Below, in pieces: positions 1-10,115 of a stretch of 64,000 nt of DNA; the first letter of the stretch is position 1; each line of letters opens with the position of its first letter. The notes under the pieces were generated by a model. The model made no database searches. It saw only the letters and a list, made by a program, of their open reading frames with translations, and was not told where the DNA came from. A program made the position numbers and the translations under genes. The DNA comes from Ranitomeya imitator (Eukaryota). Where the stretch lies: NCBI RefSeq assembly GCF_032444005.1, contig NC_091286.1, forward strand, positions 216,752,001 through 216,816,000. Direction: 5' to 3'.

Positions 1-495
1 AAGCTGTTAAAGAGGTTCTCCATCAGTCTCATTAATGTGGCATTATGAGAAAGCGGAAAGTGCGGACTGAGTGCTGCCACCTTCAGTGCCAATTTGGCCT
101 GGTGATGAAGAACGCAGTAATGGAAAGCAGACTGGCTGCTAAGGTGGGCATTTATTACTAAACACCATTTCCTGCAATTTTACAACCAGGCTTCTGTATT
201 GTAAACTCCCCCAAAAATATATACATACATTTTTACTAAAACACTGAATTATTTTCATTAATCAACAATACAAGCAAAAATGAATTATTAGAGAAAACAG
301 CCCTTTCTCCTCTTATCAGTCACTTCTCCTCTCCTTGTCTCCAGCATCAATAGCTCACTCTAAAAAACTGCTCAAATATATCTTGAGGTCAGTCCTCACT
401 GAGGAAACAGATTACATCTTCTGCCAATAAAAGTCTATGAAGAGGAAAGCGGGACAGAGGCAGACGGAGACGCAGACAAGATGCTGCAGCTGTAA

Positions 496-757
496 GGCTA
501 CGTTCACATTAGCGTTTTGCGGTGCTGCGTCGGCGACGCAACGCACAACGCATGCAAAACGCAGCTTTTAATGATTTTTGGCGCAGAAAAAACTGCATCA
601 TGCAGCGTTTTCTGTTGCGCCAAAAAACGCATGCGTCACAAAACGCAAGACAACACATGTCCATGCGCCCCCCATGTTAAATATAGGGGCGCATGGTGCA
701 TGCGTTTCCGCGGCTGCGCCCGACGCAGCCCCGCAAAACGCTAATGTGAATGTAGCC
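496..757. mobile_element. PIF/Harbinger-type MITE (GGCTACGTTCAC family)
   Basis: TIR GGCTACGTTCACATTAGCG ... CGCTAATGTGAATGTAGCC; flanks TAA (493-495)/AAA; same family at 49669 and 57190. Confidence 0.85.
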
Positions 758-1517
758 AAAGGCACAAGGCATACAAGTAGGCAAAAATCCTCATGCGCAC
801 AGGACAGCTTATTCTAAAAAGTCCCATTAAGTCACAGAAAACTAATACCATTTCATGGATTTTTTATATATGTGAACCCTTACAGTGTTGTAGGACGTTA
901 TATTCAGAGCACATATCTGATCCATTATGACAACATTATATTTCCTATAAAGTATGCGAATTGCCTCTTCGGAGAGGACTAGAACGCTACAGCGCCACTT
1001 ATTGGAAGCAACCATAAAAGTCACAATTGACCCATTAATGAGACTTGCAATATGACTAAAGGTACCGTCACATTAAGCGACGCTGCAGCGATCCAGACAA
1101 CGATCCCGATCGCTGCAGCGTCGCTGTTTGGTCGCTGGAGAGCTGTCACACAGACAGCTCTCCAGCGACCAACGATGCCGGTCCCCTGGTAACCAGGGTA
1201 AACATCGGGTTACTAAGCGCAGGGCCGCGCTTAGTAACCCGATGTTTTTTTTATTCAAATATTTTTATTAAACAGTAAGAAAAATATAAATAGATTACAT
1301 TACTGTAAACAGTACATACATATGTTCTGCATTTTCAATAAACTTTTTAATCCCAAACCAGCTTCCCTCCTCTCCCCTCCCCCCCATCCCCGGAGACCCA
1401 AGAAGAACCACTCCGATCCTCCCAAACGTCTATCCTTAACCAAGAACAAGAAGGTGTCATGTCAATACTGCTCCCACGGGGGCAGAGTACCCAAAAAACT
1501 AGAAAACAATCTCCAGA

Positions 1518-4500
1518 TCACGCCGACTTGAGCCAAGGGTTCCACAACTTGTTGAAAAGGTCCATCTTGTTTCTTTTAGAATAAATGCTCTTCTCCAATG
1601 CCACGATATAGTCCACTTGTGTCATGAAATCTCTTCTCGTTGGTGGCTCTACCCTTATCCAAAACTTAGTGATCAACTTTCGAGCAATAAACAGCAATCT
1701 TGCAATGACTGTTTTGTACGAGTTATCAGTTACAATCTCCTCTACGTAACCCAATATGCATACCAAAAGATCCCGTGGTATCGAACATTTGTATGTTAGT
1801 CCCACTTTATTTAGCACCACGATCCAAAACGAGGACAGCCTGGGGCACTGCCACATCATATGGAGGATACCCGCCTCGGACTGCGAGCACCTAGGGCATT
1901 CGGAGTTAGGTCTCAGACCGGCTTTATACAACATGTCCGGAGTTCTATAAGCCCTATGAATGACCAACAGCTGTGACAGCCTCCCAGGCTCACCCATCGA
2001 GATCCTGGGCACGTATTCCAATATTGAGTCCCACTGATCGCCGTCAATCACCCCCAGGTCTGCCTCCCACTTTGCTCTAGCTCTGATAGGGTGCCCCTCT
2101 AAAAAGGAAAATAGAAGAAATTCATATATTCCTGAGATCACCCCCTTCGTGCCTTCCCCTATGAGGATAAAATCTAGCATTAGATCCACCTGGATCTCCA
2201 TAGGCCCCTTCTTACATTGTGCCCGATATGCATGAGAGATGCGGTTGTATTGGTACAATTCAGAGCTTGGCAGCTGAAATTCCTCCTGTAGTGTTTCAAA
2301 ATTCTTAATTCTACCTTGGTGCAAAACTTGGATTATCCGAGAAATTCCCGCTCCCTTCCAAACATGGAATCCCTCCATCTGTCTAAACTCCTGCAAGAGA
2401 CAATTATTCCATATGGGCGAAAACCTAGTAAGTGCCCTCACACCCCTAATTCCTTTAACTTTGTCCCAGACCTTATGGATGAGCCTAACAGTGCAAAATT
2501 TAGTCCCCTTCTCTCGGAAATGCCCACCCTCCAAACCCTCAACTAGTACCCTTGACCCAATCAGTTTCCTCAGACTGCAGGGTGTCCGCTCCCAACCCGA
2601 TTCCACACCCCATCCCCTAAAATGCTGACATTGTGAAGCCAAAAAATATAACCATGGGTTGGGCAGTGCCACTCCCCCCTCCGTCTTTGGTCTTTGTAGG
2701 ATTTCCTGTTTAAATCTAGGACTTTTCCCTCCCCAAATCAGCTCGCCAAATAGAGATTTAATCCTCCGAAATCTATTCTGCGATATCCATATAGGGGAGT
2801 TGTGCAGCACGTAGAGAAGTTGCGGCATCACAATCATCTTTATTAGATTTATTCTACCAATGACCGATAAGTGTAACTTTTTCCACGCCTGAACCTTAAT
2901 ACGTATCTTCCGCAATAGTGGCGCCAAATTTAGTTCCTCAAAACTCGTCAGAGGCAACGCAATCTGAATCCCCAAATATTTAAATTTATCCACCAACCTC
3001 AACTTTGCATGAGATTCCCTCATAGCACTATTCTCATAATCCCCATCCACTAACATCATATTGGACTTTTCCCAATTGATTCTCAGGCCAGAGTAGCTCC
3101 CAAATTCTTCAATAATGGCCTCCGCCCCTGTCAGGGACTCCCCCGAATCCTCCAAGAAGAGCAAAATATCATCTGCGTATAACGCTACCTTCTCTTCCGA
3201 ATCCCCGTACATAAATCCCCTCACCTCCCGGGAACCTCTAATTTTTGCAGCAAGGGGTTCCACCGCCAGGGCAAAAAGCAGTGGGGACAAAGGACAGCCC
3301 TGTCTAGTCCCCCTAGACAAAGAGAAAGTCTCAGAGAGGACGCCATTCACCCTTACCTTTGCCACCGGGGAAGAATACAGCAGCCGCACCCATGAGATGA
3401 ACCTAGGTCCAAACCCCAAACGTTCCAACACTGTCCACAGATAACTCCACTCCACACAGTCAAAGGCTTTGTGGGCGTCCAAAGATGCCACAACCCGTTT
3501 GCCAGCATTATCTGAAGGGATTTGTAAATTTAAGAACAACCTTCTCAGGTTGATTGCCGTTGACTTGTTAGGCATGAAGCCTGACTGGTCAGGGTGCACC
3601 AATTTGTCTATCACCCTACTCAACCTATTTGCCAAGGCTTTTGCCAAAATCTTAATATCGGCAGTCAATAGTGAAATTGGTCTATAGGATTCTGGCATCA
3701 GTGGATCTTTATCAGCCTTAGGGATAACCACCACTATAGCCTCTCTCATCGACAAAGGCAACTCCCCTCTTTCCAGCGAGCTATTGTACACCCCCACCAG
3801 CCTGGCCAACAGAGTTTCTTTCAAGGTCCTATAAACCTCAGCTGGAATGCCGTCCGCTCCCGGGGCCTTACCCCCCGCAACACCTGCCAAGGCCACCCCC
3901 AATTCCTCCTCCCCAATCGGTTCCTCCAATAATTCACACTCCTCTCTACTCAACCGGGGCATATCAATTTCTTCCAAGTACCTCTCCATATCCTCGGATC
4001 CCTTCTCCACACTGGACGTATATAATTTTCCATAAAATTTCCTGAACACTTCCAGGATCTGCTCCCCCTGAGTAACCAACGTTCTCTCCTCCGTCTTAAT
4101 AGAGTAAACATGTGAAGAGTCTCTTTGTGCGGATGCCACTACCGAGAGCAAGTGCCCCACTTTCTCCCCCTCCGAGTAGAAAGTTTCTCTCTGGAAGGCC
4201 CTCAACCTCTCCGCCTTTTTCAAAAATAACTGATCGACCTCCCGCTGAGCTGCCCTCATACGACTCTGAGATTCCCCGGTACGATGTTCCCCCAATGCCG
4301 CCTCTGCTGCTTTCAACTCCTCTAAAACGCCCTGATCCCGCTCTTTGGTCCTTGTCTTATGTCTTGAGATATCCCTAAACAAAATTCCCCTTAAATAAGC
4401 TTTCATGGTGTCCCACACTACATGGCATTCCGCGCTCCCTTCATTAATTTTGAAAAATTTCTCTATCTCTACTCCCACCTTTGCCATGTCCAAAATTTGT

Positions 4501-5255
4501 AGCCAGACTGGGTGAATTTTCCAACCCGCCCTCCTCAAACCAACCTGACCTGACAACTTTAGAGAGACCCGAACTGGGCTATGGTCTGATAAAATCCTGG
4601 GATTATATTCCACCCCGTTTAACAGTTCGTTCATCCTATCGTTACCCAAGGCAACATCAATTCTTGACATCGAGCCGTATGTAGTCGAGCAACAGGAATA
4701 GGAATATGTATTGGCATTGCGGACCCTCCATAAATCAATCCAATCAATTTCTCTGAGATAGTCATTACCGTCCCTGCGCTGTGATGCGTGGTTACTCTTG
4801 TCCCAGTGGTCATTTGCTATATTGTTTACATCACCCACCACCAGAAGGGGGATCCCATCCCAACCTCTTATAGCCTCCAATATGTCCTGGATCTTCCTTC
4901 CAGAGTATGGCGGAGGTATATACAATGATACTATGCACATTAAACAGTCAAAGATTTTACACACTAGCAAAACGTATTGACCATCCGTATCAATTTTAAC
5001 CTCAACTTCCTCAAATGGGGTATTAGTGTGAATTAAGACTGACACTCCCCTCGCGTAACTAGAGAACGTCGAATGATACGCCTTGCGCACCCACCGTTTC
5101 TGTAATATATCAACTTTTTCCTCCACTAGGTGGGTTTCTTGCAGGCAGATCACCGAGGGCCTCTGTTTCAGAAGATACTGAAATATTGCCGCGCGCTTAG
5201 TGGCGTCCGCTAACCCCCTAACATTCCAGCTTATAATATTAACGTCCCCTCCCAT
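1518..5255 (-). CDS. L1 ORF2p (APE endonuclease, reverse transcriptase, C-terminal CCHC), 1245 aa
   Basis: SWNVRG, LQETH, GDVN, SRID, SDH (APE); QGCPLSP, YADD (RT); CPRC...HMMWQC. Confidence 0.97.
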   Translation of the reverse strand: MGGDVNIISWNVRGLADATKRAAIFQYLLKQRPSVICLQETHLVEEKVDILQKRWVRKAYHSTFSSYARGVSVLIHTNTPFEEVEVKIDTDGQYVLLVCKIFDCLMCIVSLYIPPPYSGRKIQDILEAIRGWDGIPLLVVGDVNNIANDHWDKSNHASQRRDGNDYLREIDWIDLWRVRNANTYSYSCCSTTYGSMSRIDVALGNDRMNELLNGVEYNPRILSDHSPVRVSLKLSGQVGLRRAGWKIHPVWLQILDMAKVGVEIEKFFKINEGSAECHVVWDTMKAYLRGILFRDISRHKTRTKERDQGVLEELKAAEAALGEHRTGESQSRMRAAQREVDQLFLKKAERLRAFQRETFYSEGEKVGHLLSVVASAQRDSSHVYSIKTEERTLVTQGEQILEVFRKFYGKLYTSSVEKGSEDMERYLEEIDMPRLSREECELLEEPIGEEELGVALAGVAGGKAPGADGIPAEVYRTLKETLLARLVGVYNSSLERGELPLSMREAIVVVIPKADKDPLMPESYRPISLLTADIKILAKALANRLSRVIDKLVHPDQSGFMPNKSTAINLRRLFLNLQIPSDNAGKRVVASLDAHKAFDCVEWSYLWTVLERLGFGPRFISWVRLLYSSPVAKVRVNGVLSETFSLSRGTRQGCPLSPLLFALAVEPLAAKIRGSREVRGFMYGDSEEKVALYADDILLFLEDSGESLTGAEAIIEEFGSYSGLRINWEKSNMMLVDGDYENSAMRESHAKLRLVDKFKYLGIQIALPLTSFEELNLAPLLRKIRIKVQAWKKLHLSVIGRINLIKMIVMPQLLYVLHNSPIWISQNRFRRIKSLFGELIWGGKSPRFKQEILQRPKTEGGVALPNPWLYFLASQCQHFRGWGVESGWERTPCSLRKLIGSRVLVEGLEGGHFREKGTKFCTVRLIHKVWDKVKGIRGVRALTRFSPIWNNCLLQEFRQMEGFHVWKGAGISRIIQVLHQGRIKNFETLQEEFQLPSSELYQYNRISHAYRAQCKKGPMEIQVDLMLDFILIGEGTKGVISGIYEFLLFSFLEGHPIRARAKWEADLGVIDGDQWDSILEYVPRISMGEPGRLSQLLVIHRAYRTPDMLYKAGLRPNSECPRCSQSEAGILHMMWQCPRLSSFWIVVLNKVGLTYKCSIPRDLLVCILGYVEEIVTDNSYKTVIARLLFIARKLITKFWIRVEPPTRRDFMTQVDYIVALEKSIYSKRNKMDLFNKLWNPWLKSA

Positions 5256-5596
5256 TTTCTAGAGAAAAAACAATGAGTTAGAGCAGTCTCCTTCAGGTCT
5301 CCCCCGACACCCCCCCACCCCCTCCCATCCCCCTTTCCCAACTTCCCCATCTAAAACTCAATAGAATTCAACTAGTACAAACTTTCTTTCTCTGTATGAG
5401 AACTGAGAGCTCTTGATACAACCTAGAACTGAGCCCCTTGCAGTCCATCTCTCCCCCTCCCACCGCTATCAACATGAAATATTCTTTGCGCCGCCGAGCA
5501 CACTATTTCAAACTTTTGGGTGCATTCTGTAAGACAAGTTCAAAAATCACCATCAGGGGGTATAAACAAATGAGTGACGAAGTCTCAGCGTCAGTC

Positions 5597-6718
5597 TCAT
5601 CGGCTCCGATCCACGCCAATTTTCTTAGTATTGGTATCTAGCCAGTGCATAGCCTCCTCCGGGTTCTGGAAAAAATGAACACGGTCCAGCGCCACCACCC
5701 TGAGCTTAGCCGGGTATAACATCGAATATTTTAGGTCCAGGTCTCGGAGCCGCCTCTTGACCTCGCCGAACCTCATTCTCAGTTTCTGCACCGATGCCGA
5801 GTAGTCCGGATAAATGGAGATCCGATTTCCGTCTATGCTCAGTCCGTCACTGATCCTGGCCTTCCTTAGTAGGGTTTCCCGGTCCCGATAGTCCAAAATT
5901 TTTGCCAGCAGAGCTCGAGGGGGGGATCCAGGCGGCAGGGGCCGGGTGGGGACTCTATGGGCCCTTTCCACGGAAAAGTGGTTGGTAAGGTCTGCTCCTC
6001 CCACCGAGTTTTTGAGCCATGCCTCAATGTATTCCGTAGGATTATTCCCCTCCACCTTCTCCGGCACCCCAATTATTCTTAGATTGTTCCTACGGGAACG
6101 ATTTTCCAGGTCATCTGTTTTAAATTCCAGTTCTGCAATGCGCTGAATGTATCTCTTTTCTCTTTTCAACAGTTCATTTGTCTGATCTTCCACACTGCCC
6201 ACGCGCTCCTCCACCACCTCCACTCTTTTCTCCACTTTACGCATAGCAGAATTAAGGGACTTCATTTCAACTGTTAAATCGTCTACCCTTAGGTTCAGCG
6301 CAGCCAGGGCAGATTTGCAGTGTATAACGACTGAGAAAATGTCCTGCAGTGTAGGTTCCCCCACGTTTGATTGCTGCGCACCCTCAGAGTCCTTAGCCTG
6401 CACTGGACTGGCGGTGGGTGACATGTTAGTTGTCTCTTGCATCTCCTGCCTCTTCCCTGGAGAAAGCCGCTCCTCCACCACACTGAGGGTGTCATCCCCT
6501 CCTCTCTCCTGTCTCTGCGGGACTTCCTCCTCATCTGGCCCCTCAGGGCCCAGCAGCAGGGCACCCCCCTCCTCTGTCCGAGCAAACCGCTCCAGCCGGG
6601 CGATTACCTCAAGCCTCCGGCGGTATGCGGTGCTGGCTCTGGCCGCCTCCTCCTCTGCCACGGCGCCATCTTGGATTTTCGCGCCAGCCGCGGGCGCTGA
6701 CTGTCTTTTGCGCGGCAT
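5597..6718 (-). CDS. L1 ORF1p (coiled coil + RRM/CTD), 373 aa
   Basis: Heptad-rich region followed by LENRSRRNNLRIIGVPE, ERAHR, YPAKL, typical of vertebrate L1 ORF1. Confidence 0.95.
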   Translation of the reverse strand: MPRKRQSAPAAGAKIQDGAVAEEEAARASTAYRRRLEVIARLERFARTEEGGALLLGPEGPDEEEVPQRQERGGDDTLSVVEERLSPGKRQEMQETTNMSPTASPVQAKDSEGAQQSNVGEPTLQDIFSVVIHCKSALAALNLRVDDLTVEMKSLNSAMRKVEKRVEVVEERVGSVEDQTNELLKREKRYIQRIAELEFKTDDLENRSRRNNLRIIGVPEKVEGNNPTEYIEAWLKNSVGGADLTNHFSVERAHRVPTRPLPPGSPPRALLAKILDYRDRETLLRKARISDGLSIDGNRISIYPDYSASVQKLRMRFGEVKRRLRDLDLKYSMLYPAKLRVVALDRVHFFQNPEEAMHWLDTNTKKIGVDRSR

Positions 6719-7471
6719 TACCGCTCTTCTCCTTTCGCTGCCTCCGGCACTCTCCTCCGTGCCCAGGGGTCCTGCGGAGCAACTTCGCCCGGTTTTCGGC
6801 GCTCGGCGGCGCCTTCAAGGGTGAGGATTTAGGAGCGGTGCGGGGAGAGAGATCCGTCGCACGTCCGCTCACATCGCTCGCTAGGCCACGCCCCCAGTAA
6901 CCCGATGTTTACCCTGGTCACCAGCGTAAAAGTAAAAAAAAAAAAAACAGTACATACTTACATTCCGGCGTCTGTCCTTTCCGGCGCTGTGCTTCTCTGC
7001 ACTAAGCGCCGGCCGGAAAGCACAGCACAGCGGTGACGTCACCGCTGTGCTCTGCTTTCCGGCCCCTGCGCTTACACAGTGCAGAGAAGCACAGCGCCGG
7101 AGAGGACAGACGCCGGAATGTAAGTATGTAGTGTTTGTTTTTTTTTACTTTTACGCTGGTAACCAGGGTAAACATCGGGTTACTAAGCGCGGCCCTGCGC
7201 TTAGTAACCTGATGTTTACCCTGGTTACCAGTGAAGACATCGCTGAATCGGCGTCACACACGCCGATTCAGCGATGTCTGCAGGGAGTCCAGCGACGAAA
7301 TAAAGTTTTGGACTTTCTGCGCCGACCAACAATGGCACAGCAGGATCCTGATCGCTGCTGCCTGTCACACTGAACAATATGGCTAGCCAGGACGCTGCAA
7401 CGTCACGGATCGCTAGCGATATCGTTCAGTGTGAAGGTACCTTTAGGATAAAAAACAAATCAGAATGTCAA

Positions 7472-7512
7472 TTTACAGACAGTGTTTCGGGGTGTTGCCC
7501 CTCATCAATGCA
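7472..7512 (-). ncRNA. Type I hammerhead ribozyme motif, copy 1 (C3U core variant)
   Basis: Minus strand: UGCA-UUGAUGA-GGGG CAACA CCCC-GAAAC ACU GUC-UGUA. Confidence 0.65.
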
Positions 7513-7797
7513 GAGCATGAGAACTGATTTGGCTAGGTGAGAGGTTCTGGACTGAGGTGTAAGGGCTAACGTTTCTCCCTGTGGAGAGTGACATACCAGC
7601 TCTGGCATGCCAATGTAAGTTGACTTATTCGCCGTGCAATGCTCCTCTGGGAAATGAAATGTGCAAATTGCCTCTTCAGAGTGAGAGGACTCGACTTGAA
7701 CTTCCATCTGTTGGAAGCAGCGTTCCTACAAGTCACAATCCACCCTTTAACGAGTCGTGCAATATGACTTAGGATAAAAGCCAAATCAGTATCTCAA

Positions 7798-7842
7798 TTT
7801 GCAGACACGGTGTTTCGGGGTATTGCCCCTCGTCGGTGCAAA
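7798..7842 (-). ncRNA. Type I hammerhead ribozyme motif, copy 2 (CCGACGA core variant)
   Basis: Minus strand: UUUGCA-CCGACGA-GGGG CAAUA CCCC-GAAAC ACCGU GUC-UGCAAA; perfect 6-bp stem I. Confidence 0.65.
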
Positions 7843-7980
7843 GTTTGAGATCTGACTTGGCCTATCAAGAAGATTAAAAGGACAAAGTCTGTGTGAACAA
7901 TGAGCAAAGGGAAATAAGATTTCAACTCTAAAGGGGTTGGTGACGAGTTTAGAAGTCTCTTTAATGTGAACTAACTGCTT

Positions 7981-8185
7981 TCAAATTCAAATTCAAATTC
8001 AAATGAGCTTTATTGGCAGGATTAAGTACATGTTAGCATTGCCAAAGCATATGGTAAAAATACGGGGGTGGGGGAGGGGGGGCATATAGAGGTCCAGGGA
8101 ATATCAAATTCCTTTTAGAGGATAGGGGATGTTTCCAGGGTGGGGTATAGGAGTCCATGACATATCGGGCTCTTTCTTGATGACA
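7981..8185 (-). mobile_element. Probable LINE 3'-end remnant with short-tandem tail
   Basis: (TCAAAT)x4 next to a TTTATT (minus-strand AATAAA) signal; no recognisable ORF. Confidence 0.35.
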
Positions 8186-8374
8186 AGATCTCTGGCTGAG
8201 GATCCTGACTTCCTGCTATGTCTTGTCAGATTCCTCCTCACGTCCTGGCTTTGTAATCTGAGGTGGAATTACAGTCTTGTGATTCCCATACTGTGAGGGT
8301 GAGCGGGACTCCATTCAGCAGAGCTCACACGCACATGCTGCTGAACACACAGCTCTTCCTTCTATCTCTATGTA

Positions 8375-9986
8375 CAGGTCCTTCTCAAAAAATTAGCATA
8401 TAGTGTTAAATTTCATTATTTACCATAATGTAATGATTACAATTAAACTTTCATATATTATAGATTCATTATCCACCAACTGAAATTTGTCACGTCTTTT
8501 ATTGTTTTAATACCGATGATTTTGGCATACAACTCCTGATAACCCAAAAAACCTGTCTCAATAAATTAGCATATCAAGAAAAGGTTCTCTAAACGACCTA
8601 TTACCCTAATCTTCTGAATCAACTAATTAACTCTAAACACATGCAAAAGATACCTGAGGCTTTTATAAACTCCCTGCCTGGTTCATTACTCAAAACCCCC
8701 ATCATGGGTAAGACTAGCGACCTGACAGATGTCAAGAAGGCCATCATTGACACCCTCAAACAAGAGGGTAAGACCCAGAAAGAAATTTCTCAACAAATAG
8801 GCTGTTCCCAGAGTGCTGTATCAAGGCACCTCAATGGTAAGTCTGTTGGAAGGAAACAATGTGGCAGAAAACGCTGTACAACGAGAAGAGGAGACCGGAC
8901 CCTGAGGAAGATTGTGGAGAAGGACCGATTCCAGACCTTGGGGAACCTGAGGAAGCAGTGGACTGAGTCTGGTGTGGAAACATCCAGAGCCACCGTGCAC
9001 AGGCGTGTGCAGGAAATGGGCTACAGGTGCCGCATTCCCCAGGTAAAGCCACTTTTGAACCATAAACAGCGGCAGAGGCGCCTGACCTGGGCTACAGAGA
9101 AGCAGCACTGGACTGTTGCTAAGTGGTCCCAAGTACTTTTTTCTGATGAAAGCAAATTTTGCATGTCATTCGGAAATCAAGGTGCCAGAGTCTGGAGGAA
9201 GACTGGGGAGAAGGAAATGCCAAAATGCCTGAAGTCCAGTGTCAAGTACCCACAGTCAGTGATGGTGTGGGGTGCCATGTCAGCTGCTGGTGTTGGTCCA
9301 CTGTGTTTCATCAAGGGCAGGGTCAATGCAGCTAGCTATCAGGAGATTTTGGAGCACTTCATGCTTCCATCGGCTGAAATGCTTTATGGAGATGAAGATT
9401 TCATTTTTCAGCACGACCTGGCACCTGCTCACAGTGCCAAAACCACTGGTAAATGGTTTACTGACCATGGTATTACTGTGCTCAATTGGCCTGCCAACTC
9501 TCCTGACCTGAACCCCATAGAGAATCTGTGGGATATTGTGAAGAGAAAGTTGAGAGACGCAAGACCCAACACTCTGGATGAGCTTAAGGCCGCTATTGAA
9601 GCATCCTGGGCCTCCATAACATCTCAGCAGTGTCACAGGCTGATTGCCTCCATGCCACGCCGCATTGAAGCAGTCATTTCTGCCAAAGGATTCCCGAGCA
9701 AGTATTGAGTGCATAACTGAACATTATTATTTAATGGTTTTTTTGTTTGTTATTAAAAAACACTTTTATTTGATTGGATGGGTGAAATATGCTAATTTAT
9801 TGAGACAGGTTTTTTGGGTTATCAGGAGTTGTATGCCAAAATCATCAGTATTAAAACAATAAAAGACCTGACAAATTTCAGTTGGTGGATAATGAATCTA
9901 TAATATATGAAAGTTTAATTGTAATCATTACATTATGGTAAATAATGAAATTTAACACTATATGCTAATTTTTTGAGAAGGACCTG
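8375..9986 (+). mobile_element. Tc1-family DD34E transposon with ~200-bp IR/DR TIRs, intact
   Basis: TA TSDs (8373-74, 9987-88); TIRs 8375-8574 and 9787-9986 nearly identical, with internal AAATTAGCATAT direct repeats. Confidence 0.97.
8704..9708 (+). CDS. Tc1 transposase (DD34E), ~334 aa
   Basis: Paired-like HTH, GRK NLS, SDESKF, FQHDLAPAH, 34 aa spacing to SPDLNPIENLW; MGKTSDL start preferred over the upstream ATG at 8641. Confidence 0.95.
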   Translation: MGKTSDLTDVKKAIIDTLKQEGKTQKEISQQIGCSQSAVSRHLNGKSVGRKQCGRKRCTTRRGDRTLRKIVEKDRFQTLGNLRKQWTESGVETSRATVHRRVQEMGYRCRIPQVKPLLNHKQRQRRLTWATEKQHWTVAKWSQVLFSDESKFCMSFGNQGARVWRKTGEKEMPKCLKSSVKYPQSVMVWGAMSAAGVGPLCFIKGRVNAASYQEILEHFMLPSAEMLYGDEDFIFQHDLAPAHSAKTTGKWFTDHGITVLNWPANSPDLNPIENLWDIVKRKLRDARPNTLDELKAAIEASWASITSQQCHRLIASMPRRIEAVISAKGFPSKY

Positions 9987-9994
9987 TATACAGG

Positions 9995-9997
<3 letters not shown>

Positions 9998-10038
<41 letters not shown>
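9998..10038. repeat. (TA)n microsatellite
   Basis: ~20 perfect TA units. Confidence 0.95.
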
Positions 10039-10040
<2 letters not shown>

Positions 10041-10115
10041 TAGAGGTCGCGACCAATGAATATCCGTGACAGACAGAAGGACAGACAGAAAGACGGAAGT
10101 GACCCTTAGACAATT
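10039..10115 (-). mobile_element. Very short non-autonomous Helitron-like remnant
   Basis: Minus strand begins a|TCTAC...AATTGTC and ends CTAG|t; terminal motif shared with the element at 14538. Confidence 0.45.

Larger units (their letters stand above)
1248..6895 (-). mobile_element. Full-length L1 (LINE-1) non-LTR retrotransposon
   Basis: 15-bp TSD AGTAACCCGATGTTT (1233-1247, 6896-6910); A-rich 3' tail at ~1248; 5' end GGGGGCGTGGCC; two uninterrupted ORFs. Confidence 0.97.
1060..7442. mobile_element. PIF/Harbinger-type MITE (GGTACC family) interrupted by a full-length L1
   Basis: TIRs AGGTACCGTCAC ... GTGAAGGTACCT; flanks TAA/TTA; halves 1060-1247 and 6896-7442 rejoin across the L1 TSD. 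Confidence 0.85.

Noticed and set aside
6315-6824. 169-aa ORF antisense to L1 ORF1
   Set aside because: Explained by GC-rich codon shadowing of ORF1; no independent evidence
8641-8703. Upstream ATG extending the Tc1 transposase to 355 aa
   Set aside because: Tc1 transposases of this type start at MGKT-like motifs; the extension is probably 5' UTR
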